From assembly GCA_019456165.1 (NCBI GenBank), contig VRUJ01000020.1:1703-65702 (forward strand): DNA of 64,000 nucleotides, given 5' to 3'. The notes beneath the pieces were generated by a model. That model saw only the letters and a program-made list of their open reading frames with translations, searched no databases and was not told the origin of the DNA. The stretch is from Chloroflexota bacterium (GTDB taxonomy: Bacteria > Chloroflexota > Anaerolineae > Anaerolineales > UBA11579). Both the position numbers and the translations under genes were made by a program. Shown here in pieces: positions 9,533 to 18,331 of this stretch. Each line of letters starts with the position of its first letter. Within the stretch, counting starts at the first letter, position 1.

Positions 9533-9943
9533 ATGCCCAATAATATTGAAAAGAACCCCTCAAAACCACAACCAACTGCGTTCTTGGTTGTCCAGAACCA
9601 AGTGTTTCCTATTACTAACTCAGTAACCGCGATTGGACGCAGGCTTACAAATCATCTCGTTATTGACGATCCGCGAGTCTCACGTATCCACGCTCAAATA
9701 CGTGTAATTAAAGATCAGTTTTTCATAGTTGATCTTAATTCTACTGGTGGAACCTTTGTAAACGGTCAGAAAGTCAGCCAGACGTTACTTTACACAGGAG
9801 ACAATATATCATTATCTGGCTTCGAAATTGTGTTTATGCAAGATAGCGCCCGACTGGAAAAAGAAGCCGAAGATTACACTTCCCCGAACATTACATCTGC
9901 CGCTCAAGACAAAAAAACATCTCCTAAAGCCAATAAGGTCTAG
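9533..9943 (+). CDS. FHA domain protein (paralogue B)
   Basis: 136 aa. 57 of 91 core positions are identical to the 6318-6728 product by hand alignment. Confidence 0.85.
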   Translation: MPNNIEKNPSKPQPTAFLVVQNQVFPITNSVTAIGRRLTNHLVIDDPRVSRIHAQIRVIKDQFFIVDLNSTGGTFVNGQKVSQTLLYTGDNISLSGFEIVFMQDSARLEKEAEDYTSPNITSAAQDKKTSPKANKV

Positions 9944-9949
9944 TACCAG

Positions 9950-10648
9950 TCATTCTTCATCTTGAGATACTTTTCGACTTAAGAAGTACCATAGACATAT
10001 CCCAACAATTAAGCTGAATCCTCCCAAAAAAATAAAAGTATCCAGCCAAAACCGCTCGGGGAATAAACGCAATAGCGTATCAGAGAACCTAAAACGCCAA
10101 GAATCACCCTCAAAGAAGATGCGGTGAAATCCTGTAAAAATAAAATCGAAACTTACTATTGTGAGTAAGATCAAAGCTCCAATCAAAGTAGCTGTCAGTT
10201 TTCCCCCAACCGCCAGCATGTTTCGAAATTCCAACCACCAGGACGCGCGCCTAGCCCATAAAACGAAAAAAAGAAAAAGCGCCAGGTTTGCATACCAAAT
10301 CCATAAAACCAGGTTGACTAATTCTTTAACATCTACCATGTGCTCCAACTGCCGTTGATCGTAAAGCGGGTTACCATCATCGAACTTTAAATCGCCAAGA
10401 AATGATATGTCATCATCAATGAGCAGGTATTCCAAAGCGATTGGAGCCCACTTGAGGCGTTCTTCAAGAGAGAGCCAATCTTCAGAATCACCATAGGTAT
10501 CATCCGGAAAATTTGGCATACTGTATTCGAGACGGATAAAAGCGGGAGACAATAACAATCGTATACCTGTCAGCAATATGACTAGAGGTATGAGAACGGG
10601 AATAATGCGGGAAAAAATATTCAGGATTTTTATAGAAGGCGTCTTCAT
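9950..10648 (-). CDS. TIGR01906/DUF1461-type integral membrane protein (Lit-like lipoprotein transacylase family)
   Basis: 232 aa. N-terminal TM, a large loop, then C-terminal TMs with FHRIFFEGDSWRFRFSDTLLRLFPERFW, which resembles the DUF1461 signature. The start overlaps the upstream stop as ATGA. Confidence 0.62.
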   Translation of the reverse strand: MKTPSIKILNIFSRIIPVLIPLVILLTGIRLLLSPAFIRLEYSMPNFPDDTYGDSEDWLSLEERLKWAPIALEYLLIDDDISFLGDLKFDDGNPLYDQRQLEHMVDVKELVNLVLWIWYANLALFLFFVLWARRASWWLEFRNMLAVGGKLTATLIGALILLTIVSFDFIFTGFHRIFFEGDSWRFRFSDTLLRLFPERFWLDTFIFLGGFSLIVGICLWYFLSRKVSQDEE

Positions 10649-12204
10649 TGCAGATCCTCATATTCCCCGGCCAATATGAAGCGCAAAACCATATTATTAA
10701 CTATCCATTCTACAGGGGCGTGGTCATCGGTAAATACAAGGGTGCCCTCAGGAACAGGCTGTTGGTACAAAATCACCCTTTCGATGGCTTGTAAGAGCAA
10801 AGGATGCGAATCTGGGTTGTTGATCAAGGCGTTATTGTTTACCTGCAAATTCTCAAAACTTGTCGGTTGCATGCTGGCATATACCATTGTATTGAACGTC
10901 CAAGGGATATCCATAACATGGACGCTCGGAAATACAGTTTGTAATGTGGTTACCAGAGCATCTATCAAGCTGCGGTCACGAGGCGCGCGGCCTACATTGA
11001 TAGCTACCACACCGTGTTCTGTTAAATGTTCGCGTGTAATTTCGAAGAACTCCTTCGTGGTAAGATGCCAGGGGATGTATGGGGGGCGATAGGCGTCTAT
11101 GGCGATTAAAGAATAGCGCCGCTGGCTATGGGCCAATCCCCAGCGGCCGTCTTGCGCGATAGCATTCAGGTTGGACATCGTCATTCCAAAGTATTCGCGC
11201 CCTACTTCAATTATCACAGGGTCGATCTCGAACCCATCAATCGGAATAGGGCCAAAAACCTCGGTTGCCTGCCTTGCAGTTGTACCCGCTGCCAGGCCCA
11301 CAATGGCGATACTTTCCACCTGTTCAATTGAAAAAACGGGGGCATTAAAAAACGGGCCTGCCAAGAACTGCATCCAAGGACCGTCAAAAGCCAACCGCTC
11401 AGGATGGTATCTTGAATGCACCCCTTGGCCATCGTTTAGGCGCAGATTGATCGTGCCATCTTCAGCTTCTAAAACTTCTATGTAATTATAGCCAGATTCT
11501 GTCTCATATATCTGGCCAGGCGTTGATTTGAACGCGGTTCCCGACCACATGTACGCCAAGAGCAAGAGTAATAATGGCATCCAAATCCAAACCAGTGCCT
11601 GACGCCAACCAACACTACGCGCTAGCCCAACCAGAGCTACGATTGTGAGGTAAGTGCTGAAAATTATAAATGTGTTGGTGGTACCTACCATTGGAATCAA
11701 AATCAAGACAGGTAGAAAAGTGCCGATAAAAGAACCCAGCGTAGAAATGGCATACACCCGCCCCGAAATAACCCCAGCCTGATCAGTCTGAGTGATTGCC
11801 AAGCGGATGGCAAATGGAGAAATTGCCCCTAATAAGGTGATTGGCACGACAAAAAGAATCACGACGGCGAGGAATGAACCAAATAAGATGCCCATCTCTA
11901 AATCATCGAAGGCCGCGGCAGCAAAACGCAGTACCGGTCGCGAGACCAAAGGCACCAGCCCAGAAGTAAATGCCCCCCACAACATAATCGTATAGAATGT
12001 GCGCTCGTTTGGAGAGCGGTCTGCCCAACGGCCGCCGATGAAATAACCCACTGTTAAATAGATGAGGATTAAGCCGATGATGCTGGCCCAAACCAGGTTG
12101 CTGGTGCCAAATACATTACCAAGCAAACGCGATGCGGTTAACTCCACAGCCAATGTAGTCATACCGGATGAAAAGACAGCAAAAAATAGGTAACGACGTG
12201 ACAT
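10645..12204 (-). CDS. Fused polytopic-membrane / spermidine synthase-like aminopropyltransferase-fold protein
   Basis: About 7 N-terminal TM helices, then IAIVGLAAGT, GFEIDP and IAIDAYR motifs of the SpeE-like class I MTase fold. Start set at ATG 12204, which has GGAG 6 nt upstream; the ORF track starts at TTG 12225. Confidence 0.82.
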   Translation of the reverse strand: MSRRYLFFAVFSSGMTTLAVELTASRLLGNVFGTSNLVWASIIGLILIYLTVGYFIGGRWADRSPNERTFYTIMLWGAFTSGLVPLVSRPVLRFAAAAFDDLEMGILFGSFLAVVILFVVPITLLGAISPFAIRLAITQTDQAGVISGRVYAISTLGSFIGTFLPVLILIPMVGTTNTFIIFSTYLTIVALVGLARSVGWRQALVWIWMPLLLLLLAYMWSGTAFKSTPGQIYETESGYNYIEVLEAEDGTINLRLNDGQGVHSRYHPERLAFDGPWMQFLAGPFFNAPVFSIEQVESIAIVGLAAGTTARQATEVFGPIPIDGFEIDPVIIEVGREYFGMTMSNLNAIAQDGRWGLAHSQRRYSLIAIDAYRPPYIPWHLTTKEFFEITREHLTEHGVVAINVGRAPRDRSLIDALVTTLQTVFPSVHVMDIPWTFNTMVYASMQPTSFENLQVNNNALINNPDSHPLLLQAIERVILYQQPVPEGTLVFTDDHAPVEWIVNNMVLRFILAGEYEDLQ

Positions 12205-12351
12205 ATAAACTCCACAACTAAACAAATAGAATGGCAGGATTATATCTTAGTTTGTAGGCAAAAAAAACTTACTGTATTATTTCGCTTTTCCCCAATTTTC
12301 GTGTATGATAATATTATCATTAAATGCGCGAATACCTGACCGAGAGTAAAC

Positions 12352-12807
12352 TTGACAGCTCAAAATATAAATTTCGAAGAGTTAGTCGATTTGCACGCTG
12401 AAGAAATATTCAGTTATCTCTGGCGTTTGCTTGGGGAAAACAAAGCTGCTGAAGATCGTTTGCAATCCACATTTCAAAAAGCAATCCAGGAATTCCAAAA
12501 TCTGGATGACAAAGCTGATGTGCGTATTTGGCTATACGCACATGCCACCAAAGAAGGCCGCGCCTATTGGAAAGAACGTAAAAAACTGGAATCCTCAGGT
12601 ATCGCAAGAAAAAAGAAATCCTCATCCTTCCGCGCAGCGGTCCAGAAGTTGCCATATAACCAATTCGCCACATTGCTGATGCGCAAATACCAAAATTTGA
12701 ACTACAAAGAAATTGGGGCAGCTATGCACTTCACTGAGAGCGCGGCGCGCAGCAGCGTATACCGCGCCCTAAAAAGATTGCCCAAGCTGTTGAAAGAGCA
12801 GGATTAG
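12352..12807 (+). CDS. ECF-type RNA polymerase sigma factor (compact, 151 aa)
   Basis: Region 2 (AEDRLQSTFQKA ... IWLY) and region 4 HTH (LNYKEIGAAMHFTESAARSSVYRALKRL). TTG start with GAGAG upstream. Confidence 0.8.
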   Translation: MTAQNINFEELVDLHAEEIFSYLWRLLGENKAAEDRLQSTFQKAIQEFQNLDDKADVRIWLYAHATKEGRAYWKERKKLESSGIARKKKSSSFRAAVQKLPYNQFATLLMRKYQNLNYKEIGAAMHFTESAARSSVYRALKRLPKLLKEQD

Positions 12808-12817
12808 AAAAACGGTT

Positions 12818-13507
12818 ATGGCAAAGAAGATTTCTGAAAATCAGCTTGCTTCCTGGCTTGGCGACGTAGAGGAAGATATCCAGGTCGAACAAATCGTAGC
12901 CGCGCTTGATAAGCTATTTATCTCCGGACCAACTGAGAAAGCTATATCCCGAGCTAAAGGGAAATTAATAAAAATCATTGAAAAGAGCCTGCCACGGGAG
13001 ATATTTTATTCCCAAATCGAAGACACTCCCTTCGGTGATATCTGGGTTGCATCTAGCGAGATAGGCCTGGTAGCGGTTGAATATGATCTAGATGAAGCTT
13101 TTTTTTTAGAAAGAGTTCACAAACTTACCGGTGGACGGTTGGTAGCTACTACCAATGAAAATTCCGAAGCGGTCTCCCAAATTCGGGCTTATTTGGAGGC
13201 AGAAACCACCCGGTTGGATTTAAAGGTTGATCTAAGTGTGGTCAGCGATTTTAGGCGCAAGGTTCTCGAGGCTACCGCGCAAATTGAACACGGCCAGGTT
13301 GTCACTTATGCTGATATTGCCAAGCAGATCGGAAAACCCAAAGCATTTCGCGCAGTCGGGCAAGCATTGCGTTATAACCCGATCCCGATTGTGATTCCCT
13401 GTCACCGAGTGATCGCCTCGGACGGTACTTTGGGGGGTTATGATGGCGCCATGGGAGATGCGCGCAAGATCAGGCTGCTCAAACTTGAGGGTGTAATGCT
13501 GGCTTGA
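12818..13507 (+). CDS. ogt: Methylated-DNA-protein-cysteine methyltransferase (Ogt/MGMT) with an extra N-terminal extension of about 60 aa
   Basis: Active-site IPCHRV, TYADIA..IG.P.A.RAVG helix-turn-helix and an Ogt N-domain from about residue 62. Begins 10 nt after the sigma gene. Confidence 0.9.
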   Translation: MAKKISENQLASWLGDVEEDIQVEQIVAALDKLFISGPTEKAISRAKGKLIKIIEKSLPREIFYSQIEDTPFGDIWVASSEIGLVAVEYDLDEAFFLERVHKLTGGRLVATTNENSEAVSQIRAYLEAETTRLDLKVDLSVVSDFRRKVLEATAQIEHGQVVTYADIAKQIGKPKAFRAVGQALRYNPIPIVIPCHRVIASDGTLGGYDGAMGDARKIRLLKLEGVMLA

Positions 13508-13620
13508 TTTAATTGCTAAACTTTGTTGTTTCTACAATTTGCCCCCCACCCTACCATTGCCCCATCCCCAGGGATTGCTTATAATTCAAAGCGCCATAAA
13601 CTTAATCTTGAGGAGAGTTA

Positions 13621-16359
13621 ATGCCCCCTCCAACCACGGCGGCTGAGATACGCCAGTCTTTCATCGATTTCTTTGTAAAGAAAAAACATACATTCGTACC
13701 ATCCTCCTCACTGGTACCTGGTGGTGATTCCACATTGCTGTTCACTAATGCAGGTATGGTGCAGTTTAAAGATATTTTCTTGGGCACAGAAAAACGGGGT
13801 TACAACCGCGCTGTCAACTCACAAAAATGCATGCGTGTGGCCGGAAAACACAACGACCTTGAGGACGTGGGCTTCAACGACACCCACCACACATTTTTCG
13901 AGATGCTCGGTAATTGGTCATTCGGGGATTATTATAAAAAAGAAGCCATCGCCTGGGCCTGGGAACTGCTAACCGAGCAATGGGAATTACCCAAAGATCG
14001 TATGTACGTAACAGTTTTCAAGGATGAATTAGGCGAAATTCCCACCGATGATGAAGCTGTAAAATATTGGAAACAACAGTCGGGGCTCAACCACGAACAT
14101 ATCCTCTACTTTGGACGCAAGGATAACTTTTGGGAAATGGCCAATACAGGTCCTTGTGGTCCAAATAGTGAGATCCATTTTGATCTTGGGCCTGACCATG
14201 GTGAGCTTGAATATACAAAAAGTGGGCGAGTCGACCTGGACGGTTCGAGATTTGTTGAACTTTGGAACCTGGTTTTCATCCAATTCAACCGCACCGATCC
14301 AAAGACCTTAGATCCCCTACCTTCCATGCATGTCGATACCGGTCTAGGCCTAGACCGCATAGTCTCGGTTTTACAAAATAAAGACTCAAATTACCGCACC
14401 GATATGTTCTCTCCGATAATTGATGAGATTCAAACGCTCTCCAAACACACAGACAAACAGCGCGATGAAAACTTTTCTCCTTACCGGGTTATCGCCGACC
14501 ACGCTCGGGCGGCTGCGTTCCTGATCGCCGACGGCGTAGTCCCGGGTAATATCGGGCGCAATTATGTCACCCGTATGATCATTCGCCGGGCTGCCCGTTT
14601 TGGCAGCAAGATCGGCCTGGAAGAACCCTTCCTGGCAAAAGTAGCTGAAAAGGTCATCGATAATTATGGAATGGCTTATCCAGAACTAGTCGAGAACCAG
14701 GAAGCTATTGTTGAAAATCTGATCCGCGAGGAAGAACGCTTTCAACGCACTGTGGAAGGCGGCATCTCCCAACTAGAATCTTTGTTAGAAGAAGTGCAAG
14801 CCCAAGGGGAACAATCGCTGGATGGCGCCAAGGCTTTCGATCTGTATGCCACTCATGGTTTACCTTACGAAATCACACGCGATATTGCCCAGGAATACGG
14901 CCTGGATGTTGAAGAAGATGGTTTCCGTCAAGCCATGGACGCCCACAGACTCGCTTCTGGGGCAGGGCAGGCGATGGGCTCATTAGGTGGAGAAGATGTT
15001 GAGAAATATCAAGAACTAATCAAGGATCTGCAATCTCATAATAAGCTGCCACCTGAGGGCGTTACTTATGATCCATACGACCGCGTCGAAGTCGAAGGGG
15101 AAATCTTAGTGATATTACATGAAGGAGAGCCTGTCAAAAGCGCAAAGTCCGGCGATACTATTGAGCTTATGCTCCCTGAAACTTGCTTCTACGTAGAAGC
15201 TGGCGGGCAGGTTTCGGATACGGGGAAATTAATTTCGGCTGGTAAGCCCCAATGGGAGATTCGAATTGATAGTACGCGCCAACCCGCCGCAGGTGTTATA
15301 ACTCACATTGGCGAGGTGATTAAAGGAAAGCCCAAAGTTGGCGATATCGTTTTGGCTTCGGTTGACTCGCAACTCCGCAGAGACATCATGCGCAACCACA
15401 CTGCCACCCACCTGCTGCATGCGGAGCTGCACGCAATCATTGGAAAACACGCCCGTCAGGCAGGCTCATTGGTCGCTCCTGACCGCCTCCGTTTTGATTT
15501 TACGCACTCCGGTGCTCTATCATCTGATGAACTTTCCAAGCTGGAAGAAGGTGTCAACGGTAGAATTCTGGAAAATCATAAGCTAAATATCGAGCAAAAA
15601 TCACTCGAGCAAGCCAGGCAGGATGGTGCCATGGCTTTGTTTGGTGAAAAATATGGTGAGACGGTCCGGACCGTCAGCATTGGCGGTTCAGAACCATTCT
15701 CATACGAGCTTTGCGGCGGCACACACGTTGAACAAACTGGAGACATAGGCGCCTTCCTGATTGTAAGCGAAGGCAGCGCGGCTGCTGGTATCCGTCGCCT
15801 CGAAGCAGTTACCGGCCGCAAAGCATATGAAATGATCCAACAGCGCTTCCAGACATCCTCAAAGGCAGCCGAGTTAGCTAACACCTCACCTATTGAATTA
15901 CCAGTGTGGGTTGAATCCCATTTAAACGAGTTCAGCAAACTGCAAAAAGAAAATGCTAAACTGAGGCGCAACACAGCCGAAGACGCATTCAACGAAGAGC
16001 TCGAAAACATCCCCCTGGTATCCGATGTGCCAGTTCTCACCCTAACTCTTCCTGGAGCGGATATGGACACATTACGGCAGATGGCCGACCGCTTTAGGCA
16101 AAAACACGCCAGCGGTGTAGCGGTTTTGGCAGGTCTACTCGATGATAAACCGCAGCTTATCTCAGTGGTCACGGATGATCTAGTAAAGCGCGGTCTACAC
16201 GCTGGCGAGTTGGTCAAATTTGTGGCCGAGCCCTTAGGAGGCAGCGGTGGTGGGCGGCCAACTATGGCTCAAGCAGGTGGAAAAGATGCTGCAAATTTAG
16301 ACTCCGCGCTGAAAAGCGTCTCCAAGTGGGTGGAGAAAAACTTAAAATCCGGGAAATGA
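13621..16359 (+). CDS. alaS: Alanine-tRNA ligase
   Basis: 912 aa. FTNAGM, HHTFFEMLGNWSFGDYYK, an editing domain with HTATHLLH, and a C-terminal DHHA1-like domain. GAGGAG RBS. Confidence 0.97.
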   Translation: MPPPTTAAEIRQSFIDFFVKKKHTFVPSSSLVPGGDSTLLFTNAGMVQFKDIFLGTEKRGYNRAVNSQKCMRVAGKHNDLEDVGFNDTHHTFFEMLGNWSFGDYYKKEAIAWAWELLTEQWELPKDRMYVTVFKDELGEIPTDDEAVKYWKQQSGLNHEHILYFGRKDNFWEMANTGPCGPNSEIHFDLGPDHGELEYTKSGRVDLDGSRFVELWNLVFIQFNRTDPKTLDPLPSMHVDTGLGLDRIVSVLQNKDSNYRTDMFSPIIDEIQTLSKHTDKQRDENFSPYRVIADHARAAAFLIADGVVPGNIGRNYVTRMIIRRAARFGSKIGLEEPFLAKVAEKVIDNYGMAYPELVENQEAIVENLIREEERFQRTVEGGISQLESLLEEVQAQGEQSLDGAKAFDLYATHGLPYEITRDIAQEYGLDVEEDGFRQAMDAHRLASGAGQAMGSLGGEDVEKYQELIKDLQSHNKLPPEGVTYDPYDRVEVEGEILVILHEGEPVKSAKSGDTIELMLPETCFYVEAGGQVSDTGKLISAGKPQWEIRIDSTRQPAAGVITHIGEVIKGKPKVGDIVLASVDSQLRRDIMRNHTATHLLHAELHAIIGKHARQAGSLVAPDRLRFDFTHSGALSSDELSKLEEGVNGRILENHKLNIEQKSLEQARQDGAMALFGEKYGETVRTVSIGGSEPFSYELCGGTHVEQTGDIGAFLIVSEGSAAAGIRRLEAVTGRKAYEMIQQRFQTSSKAAELANTSPIELPVWVESHLNEFSKLQKENAKLRRNTAEDAFNEELENIPLVSDVPVLTLTLPGADMDTLRQMADRFRQKHASGVAVLAGLLDDKPQLISVVTDDLVKRGLHAGELVKFVAEPLGGSGGGRPTMAQAGGKDAANLDSALKSVSKWVEKNLKSGK

Positions 16360-16396
16360 TTTCAACAGCCGCAAATGGCTTCCCCGTTCATTACTG

Positions 16397-17899
16397 ATGA
16401 AAACCCAAATTATTCAACTTGAAGAATACGATGACTTTGCCTCGGCCAGGGATAAGATAGGTTGGGGCCAAGGCGACCGCATCCTCTTGGTCTGGCCCCG
16501 AAAAGGCATACACCTGGATCGGAAACTTGACCTGGTGTTGTTACAACGCTATTGCAACACTCTGGGGTCGCAATTTGCCCTGGTTTCCCGCAACCGCATT
16601 GTAAAGGCTCGGGCCCTCCAATTAGACATTCCGGTGTTCCGCTCAATGCGCCTGGCACAGAGAACCCCATGGGAAACAGGGATACCTGAAGATAAGGAAG
16701 AAAAACGAAAGCCTTCGAAATCGCGCTTAAATGAATTGCGCGAAAAGCTTATCCAGCCGCCACCGAAACAACGTTTAGAAAGCCCCAGAGCCAGATGGAC
16801 AATATTTGGTATCGGAGTCACCGCCTTCTTGGCACTCTCCTCAGTTGTGCTGCCGCGCGCCGAGATTCATTTGCAGCCCCAAAGCGATATTCAAGAAATC
16901 AATCTTGAGGTAGAAGCCAACCCATTGATTCCCTCGTATAACCTATCCGGAGCGCTCCCAGCTCTCGCTGTCAAAGTCGTGGTAGAAGGACGCGATAGCT
17001 TGCAAACACAAGACACAATCCAGATTCCTTACCAAACTGCGACTGGCAGAATTACTTTCACCAATCTCACCGATCAACCTGTAAGTGTTCCAGAGGGAAC
17101 CGTTATACGCAGTGTACAAGATGAAACACCAAACTTCATTACTACAGTTTCCGGAGAGCTATCCGGGGAGGTTCAAGAAACCCTCAATTTACCCGTGGAA
17201 GCAATGAACCCGGGAGTGGCAGGCAACTTGCCGCGAGATAGTCTTTTGGTCATTGACGGATATTTGGGTTTGAGTGTATCGGTAAGCAATCAAGAAGCGA
17301 TAAGCGGAGGCAGCGATAGAACCGCACCTGCTCCGTCATCCCAAGATTATATCGATCTAAAAAGCCAACTAATTGAATCTCTCAGCCTGAACGCCATCGA
17401 AGAAATTTTATCCAGCTCTCAACCGAATGATTTCGTCATCCCCAGCATTTTCTCCGCCGGAAATGTTCTAATAGAGGAATTCACCCCCGCGGAACCACTA
17501 CCGGCTAACGAACTCAACCTAATTATGCAGGTTGAATTCGAGATTTTAATTGTGGATTGGGATGACCTCCAAGGTATGGCTGCGGTTATCTTAGACGGAA
17601 ACCTGGAGTCTGGCCAAATTCCGCAAGCGGAAACTTTGGAAATTGAGCATCTTACCACTCCAGTAATCAACGCTAACGGCATCGCTACCTGGGAGATTGT
17701 GATTCGCCGCAATATTACATCGGAAATATCTACGCCCCAGGTCCTTAGTCTGGCGATGGGCTCATCCTTAGACAGCACTTCTCGTGATCTTGAACAAGCT
17801 TTTGATCTAGAATCAGCCCCCGAAATTATTATATTTCCTGGCTGGTGGCCGCGCCTGCCTGTACTTCCATTTCGCATATTGGTGATCAACGAGAATTAA
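16397..17899 (+). CDS. Hypothetical bitopic membrane protein (cytoplasmic N-domain, one TM near residue 135-155, large extracytoplasmic domain)
   Basis: 500-aa ORF between alaS and ruvX with tight spacing to both, which suggests an operon. I could not recognise a catalytic motif. Confidence 0.65.
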   Translation: MKTQIIQLEEYDDFASARDKIGWGQGDRILLVWPRKGIHLDRKLDLVLLQRYCNTLGSQFALVSRNRIVKARALQLDIPVFRSMRLAQRTPWETGIPEDKEEKRKPSKSRLNELREKLIQPPPKQRLESPRARWTIFGIGVTAFLALSSVVLPRAEIHLQPQSDIQEINLEVEANPLIPSYNLSGALPALAVKVVVEGRDSLQTQDTIQIPYQTATGRITFTNLTDQPVSVPEGTVIRSVQDETPNFITTVSGELSGEVQETLNLPVEAMNPGVAGNLPRDSLLVIDGYLGLSVSVSNQEAISGGSDRTAPAPSSQDYIDLKSQLIESLSLNAIEEILSSSQPNDFVIPSIFSAGNVLIEEFTPAEPLPANELNLIMQVEFEILIVDWDDLQGMAAVILDGNLESGQIPQAETLEIEHLTTPVINANGIATWEIVIRRNITSEISTPQVLSLAMGSSLDSTSRDLEQAFDLESAPEIIIFPGWWPRLPVLPFRILVINEN

Positions 17900-17902
17900 T
17901 CC

Positions 17903-18319
17903 ATGCGCGTGCTTGCTGTAGACCCCGGCGAAAAGAGACTCGGCATTGCACTCAGCGATGAGACGTGTACAATTGCTAACCCTCTAAGAGTATTGACACA
18001 CATCTCACGTGCAGATAACGCAGAAAAAATTGTTGGCCTTGCCAATGAACACGATGCTAGTTTGATCATTGTCGGCCAGGCAATTGGTTTGGATGGGCAG
18101 CCAACCCACCAAGGCAGAGGCGCGGCGCGCTTGGCTGCTGCCATTCGCACGCAAACCGAGCTGCCCGTGGAACTGTGGGACGAAAGCGGCAGCACTAAGG
18201 CCGCCCAATCTGCACGAATCCAACTCGGCTCAACACGCAAGAAGCGCCGCGGTCACCTGGATGAACTTGCTGCCACGGTTATCCTGCAATCGTATCTGGA
18301 TGCAAGAAAAGAAAAATAA
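17903..18319 (+). CDS. ruvX: Holliday-junction resolvase-like / pre-16S rRNA nuclease RuvX (YqgF)
   Basis: 138 aa. N-terminal LAVDPGEKRLGIALSD and C-terminal DE.AA..ILQ.YL. Confidence 0.9.
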   Translation: MRVLAVDPGEKRLGIALSDETCTIANPLRVLTHISRADNAEKIVGLANEHDASLIIVGQAIGLDGQPTHQGRGAARLAAAIRTQTELPVELWDESGSTKAAQSARIQLGSTRKKRRGHLDELAATVILQSYLDARKEK

Positions 18320-18331
18320 TATATCCTCATC

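Noticed and set aside
15576-16217. 213-aa minus-strand ORF inside alaS.
   Set aside because: It is antisense to a CDS with unambiguous AlaRS motifs. The product is Ser/Arg/Cys-rich with no recognisable features.
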